From the NCBI GenBank assembly GCA_965222375.1, contig CBDCTZ010000005.1, positions 416,001 to 480,000 of the forward strand: 64,000 nt of DNA. Reading direction: 5' to 3'. The DNA comes from Polyangiaceae bacterium (GTDB lineage Bacteria; Myxococcota_A; Polyangia; Polyangiales; Polyangiaceae). Positions 9,858 through 20,267 of this stretch are shown piece by piece. Every line of letters begins with the position of its first letter. The first letter of the stretch is position 1. The notes beneath the pieces were generated by a model, which was not told where the DNA came from, searched no databases, and worked only from the letters and a program-made list of their open reading frames with translations. Both the position numbers and the translations under genes were made by a program.

Positions 9858-10859
9858 TTAGAGCACCGGCGCTCGACCCGACGACATGGCAGCGGTGGGC
9901 GATTTTGGCGACGCAGCACGCACCTGACCCAAGAACCGCTTGCTGAAGTAGTAGGCGATGTGCTGACCATCGTCGTAGAAGACGCTCGTACGGGGGATCC
10001 AGAAGCTGGAACTGGCACCTCGCGCAACAGGCGCACCGCTGGCGCGAAACGCCGCACGATAGCCGACCCGCTCGACGTGCGCGGCGGAGCGATTGTCATA
10101 CGCCCCAAGGGGGTAGAAGTAGGCCACGGGCTCCGATCCAAGCTCGCGCCGAATGATCTCCCGGGAGAGCTCCAACTCTTCGTATAGGCGTCGGCCTTCG
10201 AGTCCGACCAAGCGGCGGTGCATGTGACCATGGCTGGCGATCTCGCACAGCCCGGAGGCAGTCATGCTCCGAATTTGGTCCCAGGTCATCACTGGAGCGT
10301 TCTTGGGCTCCTCGATCATTCCCGTCGGCACACCCAACGTGAACTTGACGCTGAGTTCACGCATGATGGGCCAAGCCTTTTCGTAGACGCTCTTGAGCCC
10401 GTCATCGATGGTGATCACCGCCACGCGCTTGGGCAACTGAATCCGACCCTCCAAAAAACTGAGCAATTGACTGGTGTGGACGATCTCCACCCCGGACTCG
10501 AGTAGCCAGCGAAGTTGCTTCTCGAAGTTTGAACTCCTCACGCTGAGCGGAGCCGAGCCACGATCGAAGGCGTGGTAGAGCAAGACGACGGCTCGGGTTT
10601 GCTCCGCATCGACGACCGGCTGAAGAAAGCTGGGCGCGGCGGGCGGCGGTGGCTTGTCTTCCGCGGGGGGCGGCGGCTTCTCGAGCGCTGGGGTAGCTTT
10701 CGCCACGACCGAGGGTTTGCGTGCGGACTGGGCAGCAGCTGCTTGGGGGGCCGCGGCAGCTGCGGGTCGGGCTGCCACCGCGGCAGGCGGTGGGGACGTG
10801 CAGCCGATCAATGCGGCGGCGAGAAAGGAAACGCGAGGCCCAACAGCTGAAAATTGCAT
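9858..10859 (-). CDS. Polysaccharide deacetylase (NodB/CE4) lipoprotein
   Basis: Lipobox LIGC, VLLYH, ITIDDG, IASHGHMH, YPLG. Confidence 0.88.
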   Translation of the reverse strand: MQFSAVGPRVSFLAAALIGCTSPPPAAVAARPAAAAAPQAAAAQSARKPSVVAKATPALEKPPPPAEDKPPPPAAPSFLQPVVDAEQTRAVVLLYHAFDRGSAPLSVRSSNFEKQLRWLLESGVEIVHTSQLLSFLEGRIQLPKRVAVITIDDGLKSVYEKAWPIMRELSVKFTLGVPTGMIEEPKNAPVMTWDQIRSMTASGLCEIASHGHMHRRLVGLEGRRLYEELELSREIIRRELGSEPVAYFYPLGAYDNRSAAHVERVGYRAAFRASGAPVARGASSSFWIPRTSVFYDDGQHIAYYFSKRFLGQVRAASPKSPTAAMSSGRAPVL

Positions 10860-10905
10860 CCGATCAGGACGGTAACGAGCCCGTCCTGCTCGACCCAAGT
10901 TTTCG

Positions 10906-13290
10906 TCAGGGAGACGGAAAAGACGCGGTGGGGGGTTTTTCGCCGACCGGCGGCGGCGTCGGAGCCGGTGCGGGCGGCGGTGGCGGCGCTACGGGTCGTG
11001 GCTTCGGCCTTGGAACAGCCGCAACCGGCTTCGGGGGCTTGGGCTTGGGGGGCTTCGCCGCTGGGGGTTTGACGGGAGGCGGCTCAACGGGCGGCGCCGT
11101 CTCCACGGGAGGCGCCTCTGTACTAGGAGTGGGCACCACGGTCGGCGTGGGCGCCAGGGTCGGCACCGCCGTGGGTTGCGCGGCGGGCTTGGCCGGAGTG
11201 GGCGAGGCCGGCGCGGCGATAGCCGCAATCGGGGGCTCCTCTTCGCTCTGGCTCTTCTTGGAGCGAACTTGCCATAGGGCAACGCCGCCCACGGCGAGCA
11301 AGAAGCCGATCACTCCGGCAACGACGCGCTGCGACCGAGTTCGCCGCGCAATTTGGTCTGGTGTCAGAGAGGCACGAGATGAGTGCGCGGAATCCAGATC
11401 TTCGAACACGTCTGGCGGCGGGATCGTCGCGGGGCCACCCTCGTAGCGTCCCTCATCGCCCTCGGCGAAGAAGTCGTCGTGCCACTCTTCCTCCGCTGCC
11501 TTCTTGCCACCCCGCGGAGCCACCGCAGAGGCGGCCGCAGGCTCGACCTTTGGACGCTCCTTGGCGGGCGTTTTGGACTTGCTTGCCGCTGGCGCGGGCG
11601 CAGGTGTCTTGGGCTTGGCCGTTGCGGCCGCAGGCGTTGCAGGCCCTGCGGCGGTGGTGCTGGACTTGCGGCCCTTCCTCTTCTTCTTCCGGGTCTGAGG
11701 GCGCTTCGTCTTTCGTGCCAATTCGGACTCCTGATCCTCGGCCGGTATGTCGGCCTTCACTGACTCCCCCTGCTGGGCTTCTTCTTCGTCCCGCCGGGAA
11801 GCCGGGAAGGGTATCACGTTGCCCTGTGGGCCGAGGGCATCTGGCGTGGCCCTTGTTGTCGAGGGGCTGCTCCCATCCACCGCGCTCTTGGCGATGGCCA
11901 CGGCCGCGCGAGCGTCCGGCGTATCGGGTAGCGTGCTCGCGTCCGGCGTGCCTAGCCCAATGGCGGTGGTCGTCAGGGAAACCGGTCCTGAGCCGGTCTG
12001 GGTGAAGGTGAGCTCCTCCTCCGCGGGCACGTCGTCCTCTTGGAACGCTGGTGCACCCTCGGTGGCTGGAGCGTCTTCGTGGTTCGGATCGCTGGGAGGC
12101 ACGACAACGGGCACGCCCTTGGGCGGCTTGGCGTCAGGAACACCAACCCCCGGAATGGTCTGCCCGAGCGCTGCGGTCTGATCTATGTTCATGTCAGGCG
12201 CCGGCGGGCGCCATGACAGGGGCACGCCATCGGCGCCGAGTTCGACGGAAGCACGTGCCGGAACCACGACGTCTTCGCCCCCGGCGCGGTTCAGACGCAC
12301 ACCTGCGTCGGCCTCCACGCTGGGCACGACGGGTTCTTCGGTTTCTTTCAGCACCAAAAGCCCTTCAAAGAAGAGCTTGGTAATCGTCGATAGCGTCGAC
12401 AGATCCTCGAAGGGTGAATCGTCCACGACGTCGATCAGCATGCGCTTGCCGTCAAAGAGCTTCAGGATGCCGTTGAGCTCGTCCGGGATCTCGTTCAGGC
12501 GCGCCGACAGCTGGTCGTGGTCGATTTCGAATATCGTCTTCAAAGGCGGCAGTTGTTCGAGCAGCCGGCCCCATTCGTCGACCCGACGCATGCCCTCCAT
12601 CAGCAAGCCTTGAGTGGTCGTGGCGATCACGTCGTCGTTCGAGACGGGCTTGAACTCGACTTCGAAGCTGCCACTGCTCCATATCAACGCGCGGTAGACC
12701 GCTTCCTCCCCGCGCAACCGACCCAGCTCTGCGTCTACTACCTTGCCGTCTCGGAAGTAGATGAACGCCTCTCGACTTCCATCCATCATCTTCGCGGTGC
12801 CGCTCTTGCGGCTGACCTCGAAGGTCTGGATCAAATCGACGACACCCATGTCCTCCAGGGAGCCGGCCAAGCGCGTGCGGGCGCTAGCTGGAACCGTCGT
12901 CGCCATGCGTTCCTGGGTGCGCCTGGCTAGCAGGAGGTTGACCCGAGCGATCAGCTCACGAACGAAGATGGGTTTGGTTAGGTAGTCCTCTACCCCAAGC
13001 TCGAGGCCACGAATCTTGTCTTCGATTGACTTCTGACTTGTCAGGAAGACCACGGGGATGTTGCCGTGGTCCGCGTCTTCCTTCAGTCGGCGAACGAGAT
13101 CGTAGCCATCCAACCTGGGTAGCTTCGTATCCGTCAGCACTAAGTCCGGCGTGGAATACTGGATCTTGGCAAGCGCGTCGGCGCCGTCGGAGGCAGTCGT
13201 GACGCTATAGCCCGCCTTTTTTAGACTGACCTCCAAGACCCGCACGCTGCGCGGGTCTGCATCGACCAAGAGCAGCTGCCGTTTCGCCAC
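10906..13290 (-). CDS. Response regulator: receiver + DUF4388/PATAN-like domain, low-complexity linker, TM and Pro-rich C-terminus
   Basis: REC (LVLTD, FLTS, YLTKP); [15 protein letters not shown]...[11 protein letters not shown]...[25 protein letters not shown]. Confidence 0.85.
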   Translation of the reverse strand: MAKRQLLLVDADPRSVRVLEVSLKKAGYSVTTASDGADALAKIQYSTPDLVLTDTKLPRLDGYDLVRRLKEDADHGNIPVVFLTSQKSIEDKIRGLELGVEDYLTKPIFVRELIARVNLLLARRTQERMATTVPASARTRLAGSLEDMGVVDLIQTFEVSRKSGTAKMMDGSREAFIYFRDGKVVDAELGRLRGEEAVYRALIWSSGSFEVEFKPVSNDDVIATTTQGLLMEGMRRVDEWGRLLEQLPPLKTIFEIDHDQLSARLNEIPDELNGILKLFDGKRMLIDVVDDSPFEDLSTLSTITKLFFEGLLVLKETEEPVVPSVEADAGVRLNRAGGEDVVVPARASVELGADGVPLSWRPPAPDMNIDQTAALGQTIPGVGVPDAKPPKGVPVVVPPSDPNHEDAPATEGAPAFQEDDVPAEEELTFTQTGSGPVSLTTTAIGLGTPDASTLPDTPDARAAVAIAKSAVDGSSPSTTRATPDALGPQGNVIPFPASRRDEEEAQQGESVKADIPAEDQESELARKTKRPQTRKKKRKGRKSSTTAAGPATPAAATAKPKTPAPAPAASKSKTPAKERPKVEPAAASAVAPRGGKKAAEEEWHDDFFAEGDEGRYEGGPATIPPPDVFEDLDSAHSSRASLTPDQIARRTRSQRVVAGVIGFLLAVGGVALWQVRSKKSQSEEEPPIAAIAAPASPTPAKPAAQPTAVPTLAPTPTVVPTPSTEAPPVETAPPVEPPPVKPPAAKPPKPKPPKPVAAVPRPKPRPVAPPPPPAPAPTPPPVGEKPPTASFPSP

Positions 13291-13369
13291 GCGTCAGGCT
13301 TATAGCGGGCTCCTGGCGAGGGCGCCAGGTGGTGACACCTCTCCAGGGCGTCGACCCCGAAATTTCTCC

Positions 13370-14821
13370 TCATTCGCCCCAGGGATTCACGATGTCGCTA
13401 CCCGTGAAAGAGGCGGCTTTGGGCGACTTAGGGCGGGGCGCCGCGGCCGGCGCGGCGGGTTTCGGGGCCGTTTTGGCCGCTTGGGCGGGACGGTGAGGCA
13501 CCGCAGGGGCCGGCTTGGCACTCGCAGCGGTGGCCGATGGGGTCATCGGGGGCCTCGCCGGCACGGGGTCCGGCGCGGGCTCGGGCTGGGACGACGGCTC
13601 GGGTGAGACTCGAGCCGCGCTCGGCGCCAGCGTCGGGCTCGGCGCCACGGCATGAGGCGCCCTACTCCGGTAGGCCGTGTACGCGAGACCCAGAGTGATG
13701 CCCCCCAGGGCAGCGGCGACCCACACCAGACGCCGCCGAGATGGCCGCATGGAGGCCGGAGGGAGACCAGAGCGGGTCAGGTCCGGCTCCGACGTCTGTG
13801 CCGTAACAGGGGCCGGTGGGCGCTCGGACAGCGATGCTGGCGAAAGCTCCGACAGAACCTGCACCAGCTCCCCCATGGACGCGTAGCGATCGTCCGGCTT
13901 CTTCTCCAAGCACCGCATGACGATGCGATCGAGAACCGGCGACGGGTCCCGCGCACCCGACGCGGTGCTCGGCGCCGGCGGCACTTCGTACATGTGCTTG
14001 GACAGAACCCCCATGAAGCTATCCGCCTCAAAGGGCAGCCACCCCACAAGCATTTCGTACATCACGATGCCCAGAGCGTAAATGTCTACGCGATGGTCCG
14101 CGGGATCCCCTGCGGCCTGTTCCGGGCTCATGTAGTGGGGTGTTCCGAACACCATCCCTTTGCGGGTGAACCGGCTGGTCCCCGCCACTTTGGCGAGCCC
14201 GAAGTCCAAAACCTTGATGATGTCGCCGGCGGGCGACGGCACGACTTGGACGTTGTCGGGTTTCAAGTCCCGATGCACCACCCCCGACCCGTGGGCCGCC
14301 GCCAGAGCTTCAGCGATCTGGCGCGCGATGTTGGCCGCCCGCGCCATGGGCAGGGGCCCACTCTCACGCATCACTCGTCCTAAGGGGTGCCCTTCCACGA
14401 GCTCCATGACGAAGTAAGGTTGGCCCGACGGAAGGTTGCCAAAGTCGGTGATTTGCACGACGTGGGGGTGGGCGATCCGTGCCGCGGCCTTGGCCTCTTG
14501 GGTGAATCGCGGCGCGAGTTCTGGGTCCTCCGCCAGGTCGCGACGCAACGCCTTGAGAGCGAAAGCCCGCCCCAACGAGGTGTGGCGAACCTGGTAGACG
14601 GTGCCCATGCCCCCTTCGCCCAGCACACCCTCGATGGCGTAGCGATCGTCGATGACCGAACCGATGAGTGGATCGCCCGTGGGGTCCCATTCAGGCGCGG
14701 CGCTGAGGGGCTCGCCGTCGAAGGGACAGAATCGAGCGTCCCCAGAGAAGTGCTGTCCACAAACGCCACACGCCGACGCGCTGCGCTCGCCCTCGAATTG
14801 GAGCAGAGTTTGTTTGGGCAC
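13370..14821 (-). CDS. Membrane Ser/Thr protein kinase with N-terminal zinc ribbon
   Basis: CGVC...FCPFDG, LGEGGMGTVY, HRDLKPDN, DFG, GTPHYMSPEQ, one TM, Pro/Ala-rich tail. Confidence 0.92.
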   Translation of the reverse strand: MPKQTLLQFEGERSASACGVCGQHFSGDARFCPFDGEPLSAAPEWDPTGDPLIGSVIDDRYAIEGVLGEGGMGTVYQVRHTSLGRAFALKALRRDLAEDPELAPRFTQEAKAAARIAHPHVVQITDFGNLPSGQPYFVMELVEGHPLGRVMRESGPLPMARAANIARQIAEALAAAHGSGVVHRDLKPDNVQVVPSPAGDIIKVLDFGLAKVAGTSRFTRKGMVFGTPHYMSPEQAAGDPADHRVDIYALGIVMYEMLVGWLPFEADSFMGVLSKHMYEVPPAPSTASGARDPSPVLDRIVMRCLEKKPDDRYASMGELVQVLSELSPASLSERPPAPVTAQTSEPDLTRSGLPPASMRPSRRRLVWVAAALGGITLGLAYTAYRSRAPHAVAPSPTLAPSAARVSPEPSSQPEPAPDPVPARPPMTPSATAASAKPAPAVPHRPAQAAKTAPKPAAPAAAPRPKSPKAASFTGSDIVNPWGE

Positions 14822-14874
14822 GAAACCTCGAGCAGACTAGCTCGAATCTCCGCACTGGTCATGGTCGACCCGGC

Positions 14875-16248
14875 TCAGCTGAGCTGGGTCCCGCATTCAG
14901 CGCAGAATTTCCCTCCTGTGTTCTGTGCGCCGCACTTGCCACATGCGGCGCCACCAGCCGCGGCCGCGGGAGGCGGTGCAGCCGGAGGCGCTCCAGCGGC
15001 AGCCGCACCGGCTGGCGCAGCCCCGCCGGGAGGAGCGCCCCCGGGAGCGCCCCCGGGCGGAGGTGATTGTCCCGGTGGGTAGCCCTGAGGCGGGTAGCCC
15101 TGCGGGGGCGGTCCGCCTTGCGGTGGGTAGCCTTGCTGCGGCGGATAGCCTTGCGGCGGATAGCCTTGCGGCGGATAGCCCTGCGGTGGGTAGCCCTGCG
15201 GTGGGTAGCCCTGCGGTGGATAGCCTTGCGGTGGGTAGCCTTGCGGTGGGTAGCCCGCACGACCGCCCTGCGCCATTCCTGCGCCGAGGCCCATACCAGC
15301 CATCATGCCGGCCGCAGCTACGCCGCCACCTTCGCCGCCGCCACCTTCAGCCATGCCCTGGCCCAGTCCCATCATGGCCTCGGCCTGGGCATATTGCTGG
15401 TAGCGGCCCACGTCCATTTGGTTCACGTAGCGCTGGCGGTTGGCGAAGTCCTGGTCCAGCTGATGTTGCCGCTGAGCGGCTTCCGCCTCGGCCTGAGAGA
15501 TCCCGATCTTTGCCTTGCGGGCGTCGATCTTAGCCTGGACGATTTGGTCCTGGAACTCGTCGATCCGATCCTGATCCTCCTCGGAAAGGTTGATGTTCAG
15601 TTTGGCGATCTCTAGTACCTGGATGCCGCACTTCACCAAGTCGGGGCAGTCCTGCACGATCGCGCGCGCCACGTCCGGGCCAGCAGTGCCCAGATCCATC
15701 ATCGTCAAATCTCCGGACTTGATCAGACGCGTGAGGGTCGTCTTCAGCCCCATCAGGATCTGGTCTCGAACCCACTGCATGGCTCGATCGGGATCCGCAG
15801 CGCCGGTCTGCCCGACGAACTCGAGCACGAACTTCACCGGATCGGCGACCTTGTAGGCGTAGGTTCCGAAGGCGCGGGGATTGACTCGGATGTCTAACTC
15901 CGGGTCCCGCATGGAACCGATTGGACCCCCGAAACCCTGGTTGTACATCGGCTTCGTGGTAACGAAGTACAGCTCGCTGATGAAGACATTGCCCCCGGTG
16001 AACTTGTCGACCAGGGAGTTCAAGAACGGGATGTTCTGAGTTTGCAGAGTGTGTCGGCCAGCACCCAGCCCACCCGCGTACGTTCCATCTTTGAAAAATA
16101 GGCAGACCTCGTCGGAATCGACGGTCAGCTGGCTCCAGAATGGGAACGTCTGGTCGGGATGTTTATAAACGACCAGTTCCTTCTTGTCGTCCGGACGCGC
16201 AATCATCATGCGCTGCACGCCACCTTTGACGAAGTCGACAATCCCCAT
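14875..16248 (-). CDS. SPFH-domain (YdjI-like) protein with GYPPQ repeats and C-terminal zinc ribbon
   Basis: SQLTVDSDEVCLFFKDG, GRHTLQTQNIPFL, RAFGTYAYKVADP; C-terminal CGKC...FCAECG. Confidence 0.85.
   Translation of the reverse strand: MGIVDFVKGGVQRMMIARPDDKKELVVYKHPDQTFPFWSQLTVDSDEVCLFFKDGTYAGGLGAGRHTLQTQNIPFLNSLVDKFTGGNVFISELYFVTTKPMYNQGFGGPIGSMRDPELDIRVNPRAFGTYAYKVADPVKFVLEFVGQTGAADPDRAMQWVRDQILMGLKTTLTRLIKSGDLTMMDLGTAGPDVARAIVQDCPDLVKCGIQVLEIAKLNINLSEEDQDRIDEFQDQIVQAKIDARKAKIGISQAEAEAAQRQHQLDQDFANRQRYVNQMDVGRYQQYAQAEAMMGLGQGMAEGGGGEGGGVAAAGMMAGMGLGAGMAQGGRAGYPPQGYPPQGYPPQGYPPQGYPPQGYPPQGYPPQGYPPQQGYPPQGGPPPQGYPPQGYPPGQSPPPGGAPGGAPPGGAAPAGAAAAGAPPAAPPPAAAAGGAACGKCGAQNTGGKFCAECGTQLS
15071..15255 (-). 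repeat. Intragenic 15-bp tandem repeat encoding GYPPQ (11 GYPP units)
   Basis: Eight consecutive units at 15136-15255 plus three more. Variation is mostly at synonymous positions. Confidence 0.95.
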
Positions 16249-16444
16249 TGAGCTCTTCTCCTTCTGTACGTCCGCGCGGCTCGCGTCGACTGCACGATGC
16301 AGTCGCGGCGTACGCGCTGACGCCGTTCAACATAATCAGCGCACGGAACGCCCGCAACTGGCGCTTGAGGGAGGCCCACACTACGCGCCAAAAAACCACA
16401 AACCGGAGCCCTTAGAGCCATCGAAAATGGTCTAATGACGGCGC

Positions 16445-17578
16445 ATGACTGGGCTTCCCATCGACCCCACCTCTTTGCCGGGGCCAGCCCAAAAACTGCT
16501 CAGCCCAGCCGCGCCTGCCCCGGCCCGCCTGATGGCGGCCAAGGGCATCATCCCCGGACTCAAGCCCGGCGACATCGTCACAGTCATAGCACTGCTGACC
16601 TTGAACGAGGATGCCAAGGTCGCGGAGTCCGCTCAGGCGACGCTGGCAAAGCTCCCTCCTCCCGTAATGACAGGCGCCCTTGCCGCGGACTTGCACGGCT
16701 TCGTCATCGACCGGCTGATTGACCACCACGCTCAGGACGGCGACGTGGTCGAAAAGCTGCTCCGCATGCAGCAGCTATCCGTGGAGGGCTTGGAGCTGCT
16801 GGCCCAACGAGCTAACGAACGCACCGGGGAGCTCATCGCCACCAACGAGCGGCGTCTACTCAAGAGCCCCTCCGTGATCGAGAAGCTGTACATGAACAAG
16901 CAGGTACGGATGTCGACCGCCGACCGCCTGTTGGAGTTGGCAGTGCGCAACAACCTCGAACTCGACATTCCCGCGTTCAAGGAAGTCGCGACTGCGATCC
17001 AGAACGAGCTCATCGTCGAAGCGACTTCGGAGCCCACCTTCGACGACGTGTTGTTCGTCGAGACGGAGCAAGTGGCTCAAGACGCCAAACTTCACAGCGA
17101 AGAGGACGACACTCACGAGGTCGACGACGAGGGCGAAGAGCAACTCAAGGAGCGCTTCTTGCCGCTGCATCAGCGCATCGCCCAAATGAACGTTACGCAG
17201 AAGATCCGACGCGCTCTACTGGGAACGGCCGCAGAGCGACTGCTCTTGGTACGAGATCCAAACCGGCTAGTTTCCATGGCCGTCGCCAAGAGCCCACTGA
17301 TGCGGGAGTCCGAGGCGGCCCGGATCAGCGCCAGCCGAGCAGTGGGTGAAGACGTCCTGAGGGAGATCGCCAAGAACCGCGAGTTCACGCGAAACTACCA
17401 GATCAAATGGAATCTCATCAACAACCCCCGCACCCCGTTCACCTTCGCCTCGCGGCTGATTCCCCACCTGCGTGAGTCAGATCTCCGCAAACTCGCAAAG
17501 AGCAAGAACGTCCCAGGCGCCGTGTCCACGGCGGTCCGTCAGCAACTCGAGCGCAAGAAGCCTGGCGGCAGACGCTGA
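16445..17578 (+). CDS. Conserved hypothetical alpha-helical repeat protein (LRV-like)
   Basis: Long GC3-biased ORF. LLVRDPNRLVSMAVAKSP and NYQIKWNLINNPRTP blocks, acidic linker. Confidence 0.7.
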   Translation: MTGLPIDPTSLPGPAQKLLSPAAPAPARLMAAKGIIPGLKPGDIVTVIALLTLNEDAKVAESAQATLAKLPPPVMTGALAADLHGFVIDRLIDHHAQDGDVVEKLLRMQQLSVEGLELLAQRANERTGELIATNERRLLKSPSVIEKLYMNKQVRMSTADRLLELAVRNNLELDIPAFKEVATAIQNELIVEATSEPTFDDVLFVETEQVAQDAKLHSEEDDTHEVDDEGEEQLKERFLPLHQRIAQMNVTQKIRRALLGTAAERLLLVRDPNRLVSMAVAKSPLMRESEAARISASRAVGEDVLREIAKNREFTRNYQIKWNLINNPRTPFTFASRLIPHLRESDLRKLAKSKNVPGAVSTAVRQQLERKKPGGRR

Positions 17579-17584
17579 AGTACT

Positions 17585-18013
17585 TCAGTGAGAATGTCGC
17601 TCAGCCGGCTTGGGAAGCGCCGCAGCGACCACGTCACCGCTGCGCACGCCGCGGGTCCCGATCAGTCGCTCGGCCATGGCCTGCAAGGCGGCTGCTGGGC
17701 CACGCGCTGCAATGACCTCGAGGCAGTGATCGTGATCCAAGTGCACGTGCAATGTCGAGATGATGAAGTCGCCGTGATCGTGCTGGATCTCCGTGAGGCG
17801 CTCGGTGAGCTCGCGCACGTGATGGTCGTAAACCAGTGTAATCGTTGCGACGGCCGGCGCTCCCTGCTCCCACGCGTCTCGGTCCAGCTCGCGCCGCACT
17901 AGATCCCGCAAGGCCTCAGAGCGATTCTCATAGCCGCGGCGTTCAACCAAGGCATCAAAACTGGCGAGGGTGTCCTCCTCCATCGCCACGCCGAAACGAA
18001 CGAGCTTGCTCAC
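17585..18013 (-). CDS. nikR: Nickel-responsive regulator NikR
   Basis: VRFGVAM...GYENRSEALRDL RHH; VYDHH, IQH, HVHLDHDHCLEV. GTG start at 18013. Confidence 0.93.
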   Translation of the reverse strand: MSKLVRFGVAMEEDTLASFDALVERRGYENRSEALRDLVRRELDRDAWEQGAPAVATITLVYDHHVRELTERLTEIQHDHGDFIISTLHVHLDHDHCLEVIAARGPAAALQAMAERLIGTRGVRSGDVVAAALPKPAERHSH

Positions 18014-18021
18014 CTTGCGCC

Positions 18022-18873
18022 CTAGGGCCGCTTCTGAAGCCGCTTCATACGACGTTCCTGGCGGCGCTTCTGCGCCGCCAGGCGAGCGGCGCGGATTTCC
18101 TCGGCCTGCTTCACCTTGTGAGGATCGATGACGTAGGGGCTCACCCGCTCCGTCTTCTCGAACTTCTTCTTGTACAGGTTGGCCTTGTAACGGGTCTTGA
18201 AAGGCCCCACCCGCACCCGATGCCACAATCCCCGGTCAGGAACATAGGCCGCTTGGCGAAAGGCGCTGTGGCCGCGCTTGCGCAGCACGTCAACGAATGC
18301 CTCGGCGTCCTCTTTCTTTTTGAAGCTGGCAACCTGGATCTGATATCCGCCTTCGGCGCCCGGAGGCGCCAGGTACTTGTCGTCGGCCTTGGAGACGGCC
18401 GACGCCAGCTGCGTCAATGAGTCCTTGGGCTGCTTCGTGACAGGCGTGGACGACAGCATCGTACCAGCCGGAAGCGGCACCACGGGCAAGCGGTCCGCCG
18501 CAACCGGCGGCGCGGTTGCGCTGGGCTGGGCCAAGGGATCGTTGGTTCCGATCAAGCGACCGCGCTCGTCCTTCACCGCGGCCAACGCCGTGGTTGGGCT
18601 GCCCTTGTCACTGAGGATCGACGGAAACGTGACGTCCTTGTCGTCGACTTTCTCTGCCGGCTGCGCCTCGCTCTTGGCGGAAGCCACCAAAGTGGCGAGG
18701 GGGTCTTGGGCGTTCTGACGCGGGGGTCCCGCGCGCTTGGCGCTCATCACGCCGACAACGACCAACGCTGCACCGCCGAGGGAGGCGAGCAGAAGGGTCA
18801 TCAAGCGAGACCCGCGACGACGAGGGTCGTCTTCGTGGATCTGCTCCAAGTTGCGGACGTTCACGGTCTCCAT
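18022..18873 (-). CDS. SPOR-domain membrane protein
   Basis: N-terminal TM; YQIQVASFKKKEDA...WHRVRVGPF. Confidence 0.85.
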   Translation of the reverse strand: METVNVRNLEQIHEDDPRRRGSRLMTLLLASLGGAALVVVGVMSAKRAGPPRQNAQDPLATLVASAKSEAQPAEKVDDKDVTFPSILSDKGSPTTALAAVKDERGRLIGTNDPLAQPSATAPPVAADRLPVVPLPAGTMLSSTPVTKQPKDSLTQLASAVSKADDKYLAPPGAEGGYQIQVASFKKKEDAEAFVDVLRKRGHSAFRQAAYVPDRGLWHRVRVGPFKTRYKANLYKKKFEKTERVSPYVIDPHKVKQAEEIRAARLAAQKRRQERRMKRLQKRP

Positions 18874-18902
18874 GGCTGCCCTTGGAGGTACCGTCCTTTC
18901 CG

Positions 18903-20180
18903 TCAAGCGGGCCAGTTTTGGGCGGCTGCGGCGATTTGGCGCGCCTTCCACAGGGTTTCCTCGACTTCTCGAGCGGGGTCGCTGTCGGCCACGATCCCGC
19001 CACCAGCGAAATAGTGCCCCTCGCCTTCGACCATGCTGAGCGTGCGAATCCCCATTCCCAGCTCGAGCCCCCCATCATGCCGCAACAGCCCAAAAGCGCC
19101 GGTGTACAAGCCGCGCCGAGCGCTCTCGAATCGGGAGATGACCTCCATGGCGCGGATCTTGGGGGCGCCGGTCACACTTCCACTCGGTAGCATCGCTGTC
19201 AGCACGTCCGTGCGGGTCGCGCCCGGGCGAAGCTGGCCGCTGACATGGGCAACCCGATGATGAAGTGTTGGAAGCGTTGTCGTCGCGTAAGGGCCCAAAA
19301 GCCGTACACTTCCAGCACGACACAACCGCCCCAAGTCATTGCGTTCCACGTCGACAATCATGGTCAGCTCTGCGAGCTCCTTGGGATCGCGTTCCAGCTC
19401 TGAGATCAGCGCGCGATCGCGGTCCGCATCCTTGCCCCGGGGCCGCGTGCCCTTGATTGGCGACGTCAATATCCGGCCATCGGGCGTGGTTCGGAGGAAG
19501 AGCTCTGGCGACGTGCTCACCACGTCGAACGCGCTGCTGCTCAACGCAAAGCCGTATGCGGCACGGGTGTGTGCGCCCTGACGCGCGAGGTGCTCCAAAG
19601 GACTCCCCACGGTGCGCAGCTGAAAAAGGCGAGCAAGATTGACTTGATACAGCTCACCTCGAGCAATCAGCTCGAGGGCGGCGATTATGCGTTGCTCGTG
19701 GATTTCTTTGGCCTCGAGCCCCTCCGAGAGCACTAGAGATGCCTCCGTCGCGGACCCCGGTCGCTGGATCGCTGCTGCAAGGCGGTGAACTCCAGCGGCA
19801 TCGTCGCCTATCACGCGCACCCGCCCCGGCGTGATCTCCACCACCGCACCGAAGCGCCACCAATTCGGACGCGAGATGTGTGGGGCGGGTCGCGGGTCCA
19901 TCCTGGGCGGTCGACCCGAGCGTTCCACTGCCCGGCAGGCCTCGAAGGGCAGCACACCGAACCAGCGCGGTGCTGCCCCCAGCTCCGACGAATGCGGAGT
20001 GAGAGGGAGCGCGGGCTCTGGATCCAGCTCCCCGCTCGCCTCCGCCTCTGGCTCGCAGGCAACCCAGGACGTCCCCCCAATCCGAGCGTCCCAGGCGAGC
20101 ACCAGACCCGGGCGCCCCGCGAGGCTTCGCCCTATTCGGAGCGGATCCGCAGGTACCGCGACGATGCGGGCGCTGAGCAT
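18903..20180 (-). CDS. pabB: Aminodeoxychorismate/anthranilate synthase component I family
   Basis: YQVNLAR, SPELFL, PIKGTRPRG, MIVDVERNDLGR, SVTGAPKIRAM, GGGIVADS. PIKGT favours PabB over TrpE. Confidence 0.8.
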   Translation of the reverse strand: MLSARIVAVPADPLRIGRSLAGRPGLVLAWDARIGGTSWVACEPEAEASGELDPEPALPLTPHSSELGAAPRWFGVLPFEACRAVERSGRPPRMDPRPAPHISRPNWWRFGAVVEITPGRVRVIGDDAAGVHRLAAAIQRPGSATEASLVLSEGLEAKEIHEQRIIAALELIARGELYQVNLARLFQLRTVGSPLEHLARQGAHTRAAYGFALSSSAFDVVSTSPELFLRTTPDGRILTSPIKGTRPRGKDADRDRALISELERDPKELAELTMIVDVERNDLGRLCRAGSVRLLGPYATTTLPTLHHRVAHVSGQLRPGATRTDVLTAMLPSGSVTGAPKIRAMEVISRFESARRGLYTGAFGLLRHDGGLELGMGIRTLSMVEGEGHYFAGGGIVADSDPAREVEETLWKARQIAAAAQNWPA

Positions 20181-20267
20181 GGGCGGAGCTTAGCCACGAC
20201 CTCGCGCGGCGTGCAGCCCTAGGGCCCAGACGTGACGAAACAGCGTCTTCGCGCTAAGTGTCACGCC

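Noticed and set aside
15071..15255. Repeat array as CRISPR
   Set aside because: Contiguous 15-bp in-frame coding repeats with no spacers and no cas genes.
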